From an uncultured Acidobacteriota bacterium (GTDB taxonomy: Bacteria; Acidobacteriota; Thermoanaerobaculia; UBA5066): DNA of 51,797 nucleotides. This document shows, one piece after another, positions 21,501 through 32,863 of this stretch. Each line of letters begins with the position of its first letter. Positions within the stretch are counted from its first letter, which is position 1. The notes under the pieces were generated by a model. It ran no database searches, was not told the DNA's origin, and saw only the letters and a program-made list of their open reading frames with translations. A program made the position numbers and the translations under genes. The DNA lies in contig CALAQS010000277.1 in the NCBI GenBank assembly GCA_937888435.1, positions 1-51,797 on the forward strand, in the 5' to 3' direction.

Positions 21501-21632
21501 GCTTCGTGTCTCCGTCGTGCGCGATATCTTGAACTCGCGCATCTCCGCCCGCGCTTCGTGGAGATCGAAGCCGAGGGCAAGACTGCCGCCGACGGTCCCC
21601 GCCTTAAGGAAAGTACGTCGGGTCAGGCCCAT
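18552..21632 (-). CDS. fdnG: Formate dehydrogenase alpha subunit, selenocysteine-containing (about 1026 aa, Tat-exported)
   Basis: SD GAGGAGG; Tat signal MGLTRRTFLK; CPYCAVSC; two in-frame ORFs join at TGA 21059-21057 to give SQARV-U-HGPTVASLAATFGRGAMTN, as in enterobacterial FdnG/FdoG; RGHSNIQG. Confidence 0.96.
21027..21045 (-). promoter_or_regulatory. Bacterial SECIS element
   Basis: Hairpin GGTGGCC-AGTTT-GGCCGCC beginning 11 nt after the in-frame TGA, with GU in the loop. Confidence 0.88.
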
Positions 21633-21727
21633 CCCGTCCTCCTCGTGTTTGTAGCTACCGAGGGATAGCAGATCGTGTTTCGACGGCCCTGTCAAGGAAT
21701 CGAGCGCCGCGTTAACGCTGTGCGCGC

Positions 21728-22590
<863 letters not shown>

Positions 22591-22594
<4 letters not shown>

Positions 22595-23658
22595 GCCGGA
22601 ACCTGCTGCGTGATGCAGTGGAAGGCTCCGCCGCCACCGAGGAGGTCCTTGGCCGGAATGGAAAGGACGCGGCGCGTGGGGAACAGCTTCGCGACGCCGG
22701 CGCGGGCCGCCTCGTCGTTCGGGACGCCGTACGCGGGGACGACGGCCGTCGTATTCGCTATATAAAAATTTACATAGCTCGCGGGCATCGCGTGCCCCGC
22801 GTCGTCCGTGACGATCCCAGGAGACGGCACGCTCTTCACGTTCAGGCGCCGGCCGCGCGCGTCCCGGAAAGAACGGAGGGCCGCGTCGACGGCGTAAAGC
22901 GCCTTCGTGTTCTGGTCGGAGGCGCCGGAGGGGCGCATGCAGACGGCGACCCCCGGCGCGACGAAGCGCGCAAGCGTGTCCACGTGGCCGTCCGTGTGGT
23001 CGTTGCGCAGCCCGTCACCCAGCCAGAGTACGGTCGTGACGCCGAGCGCGTCCTTGAGGCCCGCCTCGATCGCCTCCTGCGGCATCGCGGGGTTGCGCTT
23101 CGGGTGCAGGAGGCACTGGCGCGTCGTCAGGCACGTGCCCTCGCCGTCCACCTCCACGGAGCCGCCCTCGAGCACCCACGGGAAGCGGAAGGCGGGAAGC
23201 CCCGCCGCCTCCGCGATGCGCGCCGACACGCCGTCGTCGTGAGGCAGCACGTACTTGCCGCCCCAGCCGTTGAACGCGAACGACACGCTTGCCCGCGCGC
23301 CGCCCTCGCCCGTGAGGAAGACCGGCGCCGTGTCGCGCAGCCAGATGTCGCCGAACGGGATACGGTGGAGGCGCGCGCCGAGCCCCACGAGGGCGGAGCT
23401 CGCGAGGGCTTCGTTCGCCGCGTCCGGCACGAGAACCTCGAGCCTCTCGCCGCGCGGCCTGCCGGTCGCCGGGTCCACGTCCGCGATGGCCGACGCGAAA
23501 GCCGTGAAGGCCGTGCGCACCTTACCCAGCGCGTCGCCCCAGAGGTCTTGATGGCTCGGCCATGCGAGCCAGACGGCCTCGTGCCGGTCCCATTCGGCGG
23601 GCTGCCGGAACCCCGCTGCAAGCGGAGTCGTCGCGGTGAGAGCCGTCTTCGTCGACAT
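22591..23658 (-). CDS. aguA: Agmatine deiminase
   Basis: QPAEW, DIWLRD, FNGWGGK, LEGGS, DHTDGHVD, ASYVNFY, GGGAFHCITQQ; 4-nt overlap with aguB. Confidence 0.93.
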
Positions 23659-23679
23659 CGGGGGCGATAATCCGCCACC

Positions 23680-25356
23680 ATGTCCAAAGCTTCAAGGGTT
23701 CTTCTTCCCGGTTTTCTCGTGATCGCCGCGTTCGCGGCTCTGGCCCAGGACGCACCCGTCACGCCCGCTCAGAAGAGCGCCGGCAAGGAGATCACGCCCG
23801 AGCTGCTCCGCTCGCACATCCGGTTCCTCTCGTCGGACCTCCTCGAGGGGCGCGGCCCCGCGACGCGCGGCGACCAGCTCGCCGAGGCCTACATCCAGTC
23901 TCAATTAGAAGGCCTCGGCCTCGAGCCCGGAGCGCCGGGCGGCGGGTGGATTCAGAAGGTCCCGCTCGTCGGCATCAGGCGCACCTCGTCGGAGCCCGCG
24001 ATTTTCAAGTCAGGCCGCGGCACGCTGGGCGAGAACTTCGTCGCGGTCTCCGGCGTCCAGAAGCCCGAATCGAAGATCGACGCCGCGGAGGTCGTGTTCG
24101 TGGGCTACGGCATCGTCGCGCCCGAGTACAGATGGGACGACTACAAGGACGCGAACCTCGAGGGCAAGGTCCTCCTCGTCATGAACAACGACCCGGAGGG
24201 GAGCCCGAAAGAGCCGGACCTCTTCGCGGGCAAGACGCGGCTCTGGTACGGGCGCTGGGATTACAAGTACCTCATGGCGGCACGGAAGGGCGCCGCGGGC
24301 GCTATCGTCATCCACACCACGCCGTCGGCGGGATACGGCTGGCAGGTCATCCAGACGTCCTGGGCGGGCGAGCAGTTCGAGCTGCCCGACGACGGCGCGC
24401 CGCGCGTCGCCGCGAAAATGTGGGCGACCGAGGAGCTTGCGAAGAGGATCGTCGAGCTGGGGGGAAAGGACCTCGACTCGCTCCGCGCCTCGGCGGAAAA
24501 CCGCTCGTTCAAACCGGTTCCCCTCGGCGTGACGATGTCCGTCGCGATCACGAACACGATCGGCCGGAAGGAATCCGGCAACGTCATCGGCGTCCTCCGG
24601 GGATCCGATCCGAAGCGCGCCGGCGAGGCCGTGATCTACACCGCGCACCACGACCATCTCGGGATCCGCGTGGGCGCCAAGCCGGGTTCCGATGCGATCT
24701 ACAACGGAGCTCTCGACAACGCCTCCGGTGTGGCCGCGATCCTCTCCGTCGCGAAGGCGTTCGCGAGCCTGCCGGCGGCGCCCGCGCGCTCCACGTACTT
24801 CGCGTTCGTGGCGGGCGAGGAGCAGGGCCTTCTCGGGTCGGAATTCCTCGCGGTGCATCCACCGGTTCCGGCGGGGCGGATCGCAGCCGACATCAACATC
24901 GACGGCATCGGCTGGTATGGAAGAACGCGCGACGTCGCGCTGATCGGCCTCGGCAAGTCCTCGCTCGACGGGGACGTGAGGGCGGTCGCGAAGATGCAGG
25001 GCCGGCGCGTAGAGGGCGACCAGTTCCCGGATCGCGGCGCTTTCTACCGCTCCGACCAGTTCAGCTTCGCGAGGGTCGGCGTCCCTGCCGCATACCTGAA
25101 CAAGGGCACGGACGTGATCGGGAAGCCGGCGTCCTTCGGCCGCGAGCAGGAAGAGAACTACGAGAAGACCGATTACCACCAGCCGTCGGACGAGCTCCGG
25201 GAGACGTGGGATTTCTCCGGCGCGGTCGAGGACGTGAAGCTCGCCTTCTGGCTCGGTTGCCGCCTGGCCGACGCGCCGGAGCTGCCGCGCTGGAACAAGG
25301 GGGACGAGTTCGAGGCCGCGAGGCTGAAGGCGGTGGGGGAGGCCGGCGCGCACTAG
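23680..25356 (+). CDS. Secreted M28-family metallopeptidase with PA domain
   Basis: Signal peptide; AHHDHLG, NGALDNASG, GEEQGLLGS, RSDQFSF, YHQPSD. Confidence 0.9.
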   Translation: MSKASRVLLPGFLVIAAFAALAQDAPVTPAQKSAGKEITPELLRSHIRFLSSDLLEGRGPATRGDQLAEAYIQSQLEGLGLEPGAPGGGWIQKVPLVGIRRTSSEPAIFKSGRGTLGENFVAVSGVQKPESKIDAAEVVFVGYGIVAPEYRWDDYKDANLEGKVLLVMNNDPEGSPKEPDLFAGKTRLWYGRWDYKYLMAARKGAAGAIVIHTTPSAGYGWQVIQTSWAGEQFELPDDGAPRVAAKMWATEELAKRIVELGGKDLDSLRASAENRSFKPVPLGVTMSVAITNTIGRKESGNVIGVLRGSDPKRAGEAVIYTAHHDHLGIRVGAKPGSDAIYNGALDNASGVAAILSVAKAFASLPAAPARSTYFAFVAGEEQGLLGSEFLAVHPPVPAGRIAADINIDGIGWYGRTRDVALIGLGKSSLDGDVRAVAKMQGRRVEGDQFPDRGAFYRSDQFSFARVGVPAAYLNKGTDVIGKPASFGREQEENYEKTDYHQPSDELRETWDFSGAVEDVKLAFWLGCRLADAPELPRWNKGDEFEAARLKAVGEAGAH

Positions 25357-25437
25357 GGCGCTCCTGGAAATGCCTCTACAATTCACGCCGTCCTGGAACT
25401 GGAAGTACGAGAACTGCTGAGGAAAGTGAGGAGAATG

Positions 25438-25920
25438 ATGAACACGCGCGAGTACTTCAACCAGTGCTTCAAGGCCGAAGTCCCCAAGTTCGTCCGCGTC
25501 CTGAAGGCCGTGCCTAAGGACCAGTCCGCCTATCGGCCCCATCCGCGGTCGATGTCGGCGGGCGATCTCGCCTGGCTGCTCGCGAGCGAGCTCCACGACG
25601 CGTGCGAGCTCGTCGATCACGGCCAGGTGTCCTACGTCCAGAAGCCGGCTCCCGCGCTGGCCGAATCCGTCTCGGCATACGAGAAGAACGCGGCGGCGCT
25701 CAAGAGACGCCTCGCGAAGGTGAAGGACGCCGGCTGGAAGAAGAAAGCCGCCTTTCTCGTGGACGGCAAGGTCGCGTGGAAAACCTCGCTCGGCGACATG
25801 CTGTGGGGCTTCCTCTTCGACGGCATCCACCACCGCGGCCAGCTCTCGACGTACCTCCGGCCCATGGGCGCGAAGGTGCCTTCGATCTACGGGCCTTCGG
25901 CGGACGACCCGGGGATGTGA
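25438..25920 (+). CDS. DinB/YfiT-family protein
   Basis: YRPHPRSMS, IHHRGQLSTYLRPMG, VPSIYGPSAD; SD GAGGAG. Confidence 0.85.
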   Translation: MNTREYFNQCFKAEVPKFVRVLKAVPKDQSAYRPHPRSMSAGDLAWLLASELHDACELVDHGQVSYVQKPAPALAESVSAYEKNAAALKRRLAKVKDAGWKKKAAFLVDGKVAWKTSLGDMLWGFLFDGIHHRGQLSTYLRPMGAKVPSIYGPSADDPGM

Positions 25921-25970
25921 ACCGCCGGAACGGCTGGAAGTCCCGGGCAGGCCTCTGATAATCTCGCGGC

Positions 25971-26495
25971 ATGAAGAGATTGAGTCTCGCCCTCCCCCTC
26001 CTTCTCCTGGGCCGTCTCGGATGCGCCGCGGATCAGCCGGCCGTCGGCGCCAAGGCGCCCGCATTCTCCCTGCCGAGCCAGGAAGGCTCGACGGTCTCGC
26101 TCGACCAGAACAAGGGAAAGTGGGTCGTCCTCTATTTCTATCCGAAGGACTTCACGTCCGGCTGCACGGTCGAAGCCCACAACTTCCAGCGCGATCTCGC
26201 GAAGTACCAGAAGGCGAACGCGGTCATCCTCGGGGTCAGCGTCGATTCCGTCGACTCGCACAAGGGCTTCTGCGCGAAGGAGGGGCTGAACTTCAAGCTG
26301 CTCTCCGACGCCGACCATGCCGTGACGAAGGCGTACGGCTCCCTCGCGAAGTCGGGGGAGACGGAGTACGCCGCGCGGAATACGTTCCTCGTCGATCCGG
26401 CCGGCGTCGTCCGCAAGGTGTACGTGAAGGTCAACCCCTCGGCGCACAGCGAGGACGTGCTCGCGGACCTCGCAACGCTTCAGGCCTCGAAGTAG
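25971..26495 (+). CDS. Peroxiredoxin of the BCP/PrxQ type with N-terminal export signal
   Basis: YFYPKDFTSGCTVEA active-site motif, GVSVD, RNTFLVD; hydrophobic N-terminus. Confidence 0.9.
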   Translation: MKRLSLALPLLLLGRLGCAADQPAVGAKAPAFSLPSQEGSTVSLDQNKGKWVVLYFYPKDFTSGCTVEAHNFQRDLAKYQKANAVILGVSVDSVDSHKGFCAKEGLNFKLLSDADHAVTKAYGSLAKSGETEYAARNTFLVDPAGVVRKVYVKVNPSAHSEDVLADLATLQASK

Positions 26496-26507
26496 TCCAG
26501 CCCGGGT

Positions 26508-26927
26508 TCAGCGCCCCCGTGCCCCGCCCATGATCCTCATGAGGAGCGCGACGCCGAATCCCCATGCGCCATTCAGAAGCAGCGCGCCGACGATGAGGTC
26601 GGGCTTCCAGCCGCCGCCGATGGGCAGGCCCTTGAGAGGGAAGACGACGAGAAGCGCGACGAGCGTGGGCAGGATCGCCCCGAGGAGGATCGCGCCAAGC
26701 CAGTGACGCGGTCCCGAGGCGCCGCGAATCATCAGCCACAGCGCGACTCCCCAGAGGCCGCCCCAGAAAGCGAGCGACAGCACGGATGGGATTCCGAGCG
26801 GCGGGACGGGCGCCATCACCCACGGCTTGCGCGCCGTCACGCCCGCCCCGTGGAGGATCGCGAGAGCGCCCTGGTGGAAGACGAGCGTCGAGAGAAACCC
26901 GGCGAGAAATGCTTTGGCGGTCGTCAT
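26508..26927 (-). CDS. Hypothetical integral membrane protein (about 4 TM)
   Basis: Hydrophobic ORF with LVFHQG, PPLGIP and FWGGLWG; codon usage like neighbouring genes. Confidence 0.75.
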   Translation of the reverse strand: MTTAKAFLAGFLSTLVFHQGALAILHGAGVTARKPWVMAPVPPLGIPSVLSLAFWGGLWGVALWLMIRGASGPRHWLGAILLGAILPTLVALLVVFPLKGLPIGGGWKPDLIVGALLLNGAWGFGVALLMRIMGGARGR

Positions 26928-27016
26928 TCGTCAACTGTATCGCACGAAGGGACTAGAATTCGCCCCCGAAACCGACCTGACACTTTCGCGTGAGGGTGCG
27001 TGGAGGGCCTCGCCTG

Positions 27017-30000
27017 ATGGGAAAGATCGCGGCACTTTGTCTGGCCCTCGGCCTGGCCGCGCCGACGCGCACCCTCGCGGCGTCCGATCCGACTGGATCG
27101 GCGGGAAGCGTCGATCCCGCCCTCTTTTCAGAGCTCCGCTGGCGCTCGATCGGGCCCTTTCGCGGCGGGCGCGTGCTGGCCGTGGCCGGCGTGCCCGGTG
27201 AGATGCCGCACTTCTTTTTCGGCGGCGTCAACGGCGGCGTGTGGGAGACGAATGATGCCGGCCGGACCTGGCGGCCGATCTTCGACGCCCAGCCGATCGG
27301 TTCCATCGGTGCGCTCGCCCTGGCTCCTTCGAATCCGAAAGTGATCTATGTGGGCACCGGCGAGGCCGATATGCGCTCCGACATCGCCCAGGGTGACGGG
27401 ATTTACAAATCCACCGACGGCGGGAAGAGCTTTGCTCACATAGGGCTTCGCGACTCGCAGCAGATCGGGAGAATCCTGGTCGATCCGCGCGACGCGGATC
27501 GGGTTCTGGTCGCGGCCCTCGGCCACCCCTACGGTCCCAACACCGAGCGCGGCGTCTTTCTCTCCAACGACGGCGGCCGGATCTGGCAACGGGTGCTCTA
27601 TCGCGACGAGAACACCGGCGCCATCGATCTCGCGTTCAAGCCGGGCGATCCGCGCGTCGTGTACGCGGCTCTTTGGCAGACGCGCAGGCCGCCGTGGAAC
27701 GTCTATCCGCCGTCCCAGGGGCCGGGCAGCGGCCTTTACAGATCGACGGACGGCGGGGGCACCTGGACGGAGATCCGCGGGCGCGGCTTTCCGGCCGGCC
27801 CGGGCCGCATCGGGCTCGCCGTGGCGCCCAGCCGACCCGACCGCATCTACGCAATGGTGGACGCCGAGGGCGGGGGACTCTTCCGCTCGGACGATGACGG
27901 CGCGAGCTGGACTCTCACGAGCGACGATCCGCGGATCTGGGGACGCGGCTGGTACTTCGGCGGGATCGCGGTCGAGCCGCGCGACGCCGACGTCGTCTAC
28001 GCGTGCAACACCTCGGTCTACCGGTCACAGGACGGCGGCCGTACGTTCGCGCCGGTCAAGGGCGCTCCCGGCGGTGACGATTACCACGAGCTCTGGATCG
28101 ACCCCGAGCACCCCGAGCGCCGCATGCTCGGCGTCGACCAGGGTGCTGTCGTGTCTCTGAACGGCGGCGAGACCTGGAGCTCCTGGTACAACCAGCCGAC
28201 CGGGCAGTTCTACCGCATCGCGACGGACAGGCGCTTCCCCTATCGGGTGTACGGCTCGCAGCAGGACTCGGGCGCGGCCGCCGTTCCCAGCCGCACGACC
28301 CAGGTCGACGGGATCAACCTGACACAGCTCCACGTGGTCACGGCCGGCGATGAGAACGACTCGCTCGCTCCCGATCCGGGGAACCCGGACCTCATTTTCG
28401 GAGGCCGCGTCGAGAAGCTCGACCTCCGCACCGAGCAGACGCACACGCTCGATCCGATCCTGGCGTTTCCCGGCCGTCACCGCTCGGTCTGGACCCTGCC
28501 GCTCGTCTTCTCGCGGCGCGACCCGCGCGTCCTCTACTTCGCGCACCAGCAGCTTTTCCGCACCGCGGACGCCGGCCAGAGCTGGAGCGCGATCAGCCCG
28601 GATCTCACGCGCGAAGACGCCGGCGTCCCGCCGAACCTCGACCCCGCCACGGCCGCGTGGGACGGCGGGACGGGCAGGCGGCGGGGCGTCATCTACTCGA
28701 TCGCCCCCTCGCGCGTGGCCGATCGGGACATCTGGGTCGGCACCGACGACGGCCTCATCTGGCGCAGCCGCGACGAGGGCGGTCACTGGTCCGACATCAC
28801 GCCCCAGGCTCTCGGCGCGTGGTCGAAGGTCACGATGCTCGAGGTTTCGCACGCCGATCGAGACACCGCCTGGGCGGCCGTCGACCGGCATCGCCTCGAC
28901 GACTTCGCGCCTTATGTCTATCGAACGGTGGACGGCGGCAAGAGCTGGACACTTTCGGTCAGCGGCATTCCCCGCGGCAGCTTCGTCAACGCCGTGCGCG
29001 AGGACCCCGTTCGCCGCGGCCTTCTTTACGCAGGCACGGAGAAGGGCATGTACGTCTCGTTCGACGGCGGCGACGCCTGGCAGCCTTTCCAGCTCAATCT
29101 TCCGGTGACGTCGGTGCGCGATATCGACGTGCACGGAGACGACGTGGTGATCGCCACCCACGGCCGCGCTCTCTGGATCCTGGACGACGTCACGCCGCTC
29201 CGGCAGGTCGACGCCGCCGTCGCGCGCGAGGAGGTCTGGCTCTTCACTCCCGCGACCGCGGTGCGCGTGCGGCCGGCCGGGTTCACGGGCACGCCCATGC
29301 CCAGGGACGAACCGAGGGCGGAGAACCCGCCGCTCGGCGCGACCCTCGACTACGTGCTGAGTCGCGTGCCGGCAGGGGCAGTGACGCTCAGCATCCTCGA
29401 CGAAAAGGGCGATCTCGTGCGCCGCTACAGCAGCGCCGACAAGCTTCCGGCGCTGAGCCGCGAGGAGCGTCGCCTGGCTCCGGAGTGGCTCAGTCCTCCC
29501 GTCGTGCTTCCCGCGACGCCGGGGATGCATCGCACCGTCTGGCCGCTCCGCTACCCGGCCCCGCCGACGCTCGCCCGGGGAAACACGTTCGCGGACGGCG
29601 TCTGGGCGCCGCCGGGCCGCTACACCGTCGAGCTGAGCGTGGACGGGCAGCGCATCACGCGGCCTCTCACCGTCGAGCCCGACCCCCGCGTCACGCTTCA
29701 AGCCGAAGCCTACGGCCGGCAGTTCGAGCTGGCGCGGCGCGTGGAGCGAGCCCGTGACGCGGTCGCCGCCGCCATGAAGGAGGCCGAGGCGCTGCACAAG
29801 CAGCTCGTCGCGCGAACCGCCGGCGCGCCGGGGGCCGCCGCGCGTTCTGGAAGAGGCGCCGTCTCCTTGTCCCGCGCGATGGCGAACCTCGACGTTGAAG
29901 CGCAGGCGCTGTCCGAGAGCGAGGAGCCGAACCCGCGCGCCGTCCCCCCATCCCCGAAGAGCATCTCCAGCCTGCGTTTTCTCGAGGGCGCGCTCGCGAA

Positions 30001-30181
30001 GCTGGCTTCGGCCGTGGACGGTGCGGACGCCGATCCGACGCCGGACGCCCGAGCTGGATTTGCACAGCTCGAGTCCACGCTCACGAGGGCGCTCGCAGCG
30101 TGGGAAGCCCTGAAGGCGGGGAATCTCGCGGCGCTGAACGCCAGGCTGCGTCAGGCTGGCGAGCAGCCCATCGGTCTGTAA
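27017..30181 (+). CDS. Secreted BNR/Asp-box (VPS10/sortilin-like) beta-propeller protein, putative glycosyl hydrolase
   Basis: SD GGAGG, signal peptide, WRSIGPFRGGR, many S-x-D-G-G-x-T/S-W repeats, IATHGRALWILDD. Confidence 0.85.
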   Translation: MGKIAALCLALGLAAPTRTLAASDPTGSAGSVDPALFSELRWRSIGPFRGGRVLAVAGVPGEMPHFFFGGVNGGVWETNDAGRTWRPIFDAQPIGSIGALALAPSNPKVIYVGTGEADMRSDIAQGDGIYKSTDGGKSFAHIGLRDSQQIGRILVDPRDADRVLVAALGHPYGPNTERGVFLSNDGGRIWQRVLYRDENTGAIDLAFKPGDPRVVYAALWQTRRPPWNVYPPSQGPGSGLYRSTDGGGTWTEIRGRGFPAGPGRIGLAVAPSRPDRIYAMVDAEGGGLFRSDDDGASWTLTSDDPRIWGRGWYFGGIAVEPRDADVVYACNTSVYRSQDGGRTFAPVKGAPGGDDYHELWIDPEHPERRMLGVDQGAVVSLNGGETWSSWYNQPTGQFYRIATDRRFPYRVYGSQQDSGAAAVPSRTTQVDGINLTQLHVVTAGDENDSLAPDPGNPDLIFGGRVEKLDLRTEQTHTLDPILAFPGRHRSVWTLPLVFSRRDPRVLYFAHQQLFRTADAGQSWSAISPDLTREDAGVPPNLDPATAAWDGGTGRRRGVIYSIAPSRVADRDIWVGTDDGLIWRSRDEGGHWSDITPQALGAWSKVTMLEVSHADRDTAWAAVDRHRLDDFAPYVYRTVDGGKSWTLSVSGIPRGSFVNAVREDPVRRGLLYAGTEKGMYVSFDGGDAWQPFQLNLPVTSVRDIDVHGDDVVIATHGRALWILDDVTPLRQVDAAVAREEVWLFTPATAVRVRPAGFTGTPMPRDEPRAENPPLGATLDYVLSRVPAGAVTLSILDEKGDLVRRYSSADKLPALSREERRLAPEWLSPPVVLPATPGMHRTVWPLRYPAPPTLARGNTFADGVWAPPGRYTVELSVDGQRITRPLTVEPDPRVTLQAEAYGRQFELARRVERARDAVAAAMKEAEALHKQLVARTAGAPGAAARSGRGAVSLSRAMANLDVEAQALSESEEPNPRAVPPSPKSISSLRFLEGALAKLASAVDGADADPTPDARAGFAQLESTLTRALAAWEALKAGNLAALNARLRQAGEQPIGL

Positions 30182-30215
30182 GGCGATCGTCGAAGGGGCG
30201 TCTCTCGGAACGCGC

Positions 30216-31898
30216 TCAGGCCGTGCCGGAATACAGGAACCGCTTGATCTTCTTCGTCGGCGTCTTCTGAAACTCTTCCGAGTAGACGTCGATCTTCGCG
30301 ATCGAGGCATACGAGGGAAGGATCCGGTTGAGGAGGAGGCGGTTCTTCTCCATCCGCTGGACGAGCTCGCGCTCGTCGAGCCGAAGATGGTCGACCCGTT
30401 CGAGGTCGGGGTAGACGAGCGCGAAGAGCTTCCCCTTCCGTTCGATTACCAGGGATTCCCCGACAAAGGGAAGGCTGTTCAGCTTCGCCTCGATCTCTTC
30501 GGGATAGATGTTCTGTCCCGACGGCCCGACGATCACCGTCTTCGAGCGGCCGTGGATGAAAATCGTCCCTTCGGCGTCGATGACCCCGAGATCGCCCGTG
30601 TGCAGCCAGCCGTCCGCGTCGATCGCCGCGGCGGTGGCATCGGGGTTCTTGTAGTACCCGGCCATCACGTTGACTCCCCGGACGAGAATCTCTCCCGCGA
30701 CGGCGTGCGGGTCGGCCGAGTCGATCCGGACCTCGAGCGTGTCGACCTTCCGTCCGACGCCGCCGAGTTTGTGGTCGCGCCACCCGGAATAGCTGATGAG
30801 CGGCCCGCACTCGGTCATCCCGTAACCGCACGTGAACGGAAAGCCGATCGCGAAAAAGAAACGCTCCACGTCGCCGTTCAGCGCGGCCCCGCCGATGACG
30901 ATCTCCCGGAACCGTCCCCCGAAGACCGCGAGGAGCTTTTCGCGGATCTTGCGCTGGAGGATCCGCCGGACCGGCGGGATCTTCATCAGGAGCTTCGTCG
31001 TCTCTTTCTCGAGGGCCGGCCGCAGCCTCTTCGCGTAAATCTTCTCGATGACGAGCGGCACGGACAGGATGAGCCGTGGGCGGACCTTGCCGAACGCCTC
31101 GAGAATGATCTGGGGAGAGGGCGTCTGCGCGAGAAACGTGATCGCGCAGCCGGACGTGAACGGAAACAGAAACTCGAAGGCACAGCCGAACGCGTGCGCG
31201 AGCGGGAGAAAGGAGACGATCGTGTCTCCCGGCTCGAGGGGCATGTTGTCCCGCGCGAAGACGACGTTCGCGAGCAGGCTCCGGTGCGGAAGCATCACCC
31301 CTTTGGAGAAACCGGTCGTCCCCGACGTGTAGACGATCGCCGCGAGTCGCTCGTCCTCGACGGCCGCGAGCTGAAAGCGCTCGGGCGGTTCCTGTATGCG
31401 ACGCGCTTCCCGAGCCGGCACGAGGACGTCGGCGAGGCTTCGCGCGAGGCTCTCCTTCCTGCAATGGAGAGCCCGGAAATCCGTCAGCGAGAAGACGGCC
31501 GCGACGTCGCGCAGCTTTTCCGTGTCGAGAGGGGCGAGGAGGGCGTCCGCCACGAAGAAAAGGACGGCGTCGGAGTGGTTCACGATGTGGTGGACGTCGT
31601 CGGGGCGGAAATCGGGAAGGATCGGGACGACGACCGCGCCGTACGTGACGCTGGCCAGCCAGACGACTGCCCAGCTCGCGGAATTCCGCCCGAGAAGGGC
31701 GATCTTGTCTCCGGGCCCGACACGGCAAATGCGGAAGATCTCGTGCAGCCTCGCGATCTCGTCCGCCACCTGCCCGTACGTCAGCCCTTTTCCTTCCCAG
31801 TCCGCGAGTGCGGGGCGTGTCCAGTTCCGCCGCACGCTCTCTCCGATGAGACCGACGAGGTTCTCTTGCTTCTGGATGGTGGTGCCCCCGGTTTTCAC
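30216..31898 (-). CDS. Long-chain fatty acid-CoA ligase (AMP-binding family)
   Basis: YTSGTTGFSKGV, GYGMTECGP, GWLHTGDLG, GQNIYPEEIE; SD GGAGG before GTG 31898. Confidence 0.9.
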   Translation of the reverse strand: MKTGGTTIQKQENLVGLIGESVRRNWTRPALADWEGKGLTYGQVADEIARLHEIFRICRVGPGDKIALLGRNSASWAVVWLASVTYGAVVVPILPDFRPDDVHHIVNHSDAVLFFVADALLAPLDTEKLRDVAAVFSLTDFRALHCRKESLARSLADVLVPAREARRIQEPPERFQLAAVEDERLAAIVYTSGTTGFSKGVMLPHRSLLANVVFARDNMPLEPGDTIVSFLPLAHAFGCAFEFLFPFTSGCAITFLAQTPSPQIILEAFGKVRPRLILSVPLVIEKIYAKRLRPALEKETTKLLMKIPPVRRILQRKIREKLLAVFGGRFREIVIGGAALNGDVERFFFAIGFPFTCGYGMTECGPLISYSGWRDHKLGGVGRKVDTLEVRIDSADPHAVAGEILVRGVNVMAGYYKNPDATAAAIDADGWLHTGDLGVIDAEGTIFIHGRSKTVIVGPSGQNIYPEEIEAKLNSLPFVGESLVIERKGKLFALVYPDLERVDHLRLDERELVQRMEKNRLLLNRILPSYASIAKIDVYSEEFQKTPTKKIKRFLYSGTA

Positions 31899-31951
31899 GG
31901 CAATTCCTCCGCCATTGTCAGGCAAGGTTCTATGGCTTCACCGCCGGTAAA

Positions 31952-32863
31952 TCAAGGCAGGAGGGCACCGTCGAGAAACTCCGCGGCGACCTCGGCCGGC
32001 CGGCGGTGCTTTCCCACGACCTGGGCGTTGAGCTTCTGCATGGTGGCCGTCGTGAGCTGTCCGGAAAGCTCTTCGAGCGCGGCGCGAGCCCTCGGCTCCT
32101 TCGAAAAGAGGCCCTCGTTGACGACGAAGGCCGCCTCGTAGGGTGGGAAGTACTTCCTGTCGTCTTCGAGCACCTTGAAATCGCGCCCGGCGAGATGGCC
32201 GTCCGTGGAATTCGCGGCCACGAGGTCGACCTGCCCCTGTTCGAGCGCGGCATAGAGGAGGCCGAGGTCCATTGTCCGCGGCGTCCCTTCGAGGGGCAGC
32301 GCGTACGTCTTCTGAAGGCCGGCGAAGCCGTCCGGGCGGTGCAGGAACTCGTAGCCCACGCCGAGCACCCAGCCTTTTTTCCTTTGCGCGGCCTGACTGA
32401 GTGTCGTGATTCCCGAGGTTCGCGCGTCGACGCCGCGGATGACCATCGCGAACGTGTCGTCGAACCCGAGCGGGGAAAGCCAGACGAGTTTCCAGCGCGA
32501 GCGATACTCCTTCGCGACGGTGTCGAAGACGGCCTTCGGGTCGGTCGCGGCGGGGAGCTTCAGGATCGCCGTGAGGGCGGTGCCCGTGTACTCCGGATAG
32601 AGATCGATCTCTCCCGCGACGAGCGCCTCGTGCGCGAGCAGGGTGCCGCCGATGTCGAGCGTGCGCGTGACGCGCGTCCCGAGCCGCCTTTCGAGCTGCT
32701 GCGCGGCAATCTCGCCGAGGATCTCCTGCTCGGTGAAGTTCTTCGACCCGACGACGAGCGTGCGTGAACGTGCGCAGCCCGTCAGGCACGCGGTCGCGAG
32801 GGTCGTCGCCAGCGCGACCGAGAGTCCGGCCGCTACGGTCGCGCGAAACGCCGCTCGATCCAT
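31952..32863 (-). CDS. Glycine betaine/choline-type ABC transporter substrate-binding lipoprotein
   Basis: Lipobox LTGC; VGSKNFTEQEILGE, YPEYTGT, LEDDRKYFPPY. Confidence 0.9.
   Translation of the reverse strand: MDRAAFRATVAAGLSVALATTLATACLTGCARSRTLVVGSKNFTEQEILGEIAAQQLERRLGTRVTRTLDIGGTLLAHEALVAGEIDLYPEYTGTALTAILKLPAATDPKAVFDTVAKEYRSRWKLVWLSPLGFDDTFAMVIRGVDARTSGITTLSQAAQRKKGWVLGVGYEFLHRPDGFAGLQKTYALPLEGTPRTMDLGLLYAALEQGQVDLVAANSTDGHLAGRDFKVLEDDRKYFPPYEAAFVVNEGLFSKEPRARAALEELSGQLTTATMQKLNAQVVGKHRRPAEVAAEFLDGALLP

Noticed and set aside
18552-21632. fdnG as a split gene or pseudogene
   Set aside because: The stop is an in-frame TGA at the catalytic Sec position with a SECIS hairpin
21690-21695. 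Perfect TTGACA upstream of fdnG (minus strand) as a -35 box
   Set aside because: No convincing -10 at 16-18 bp; the nearest TATCCC is about 22 bp away
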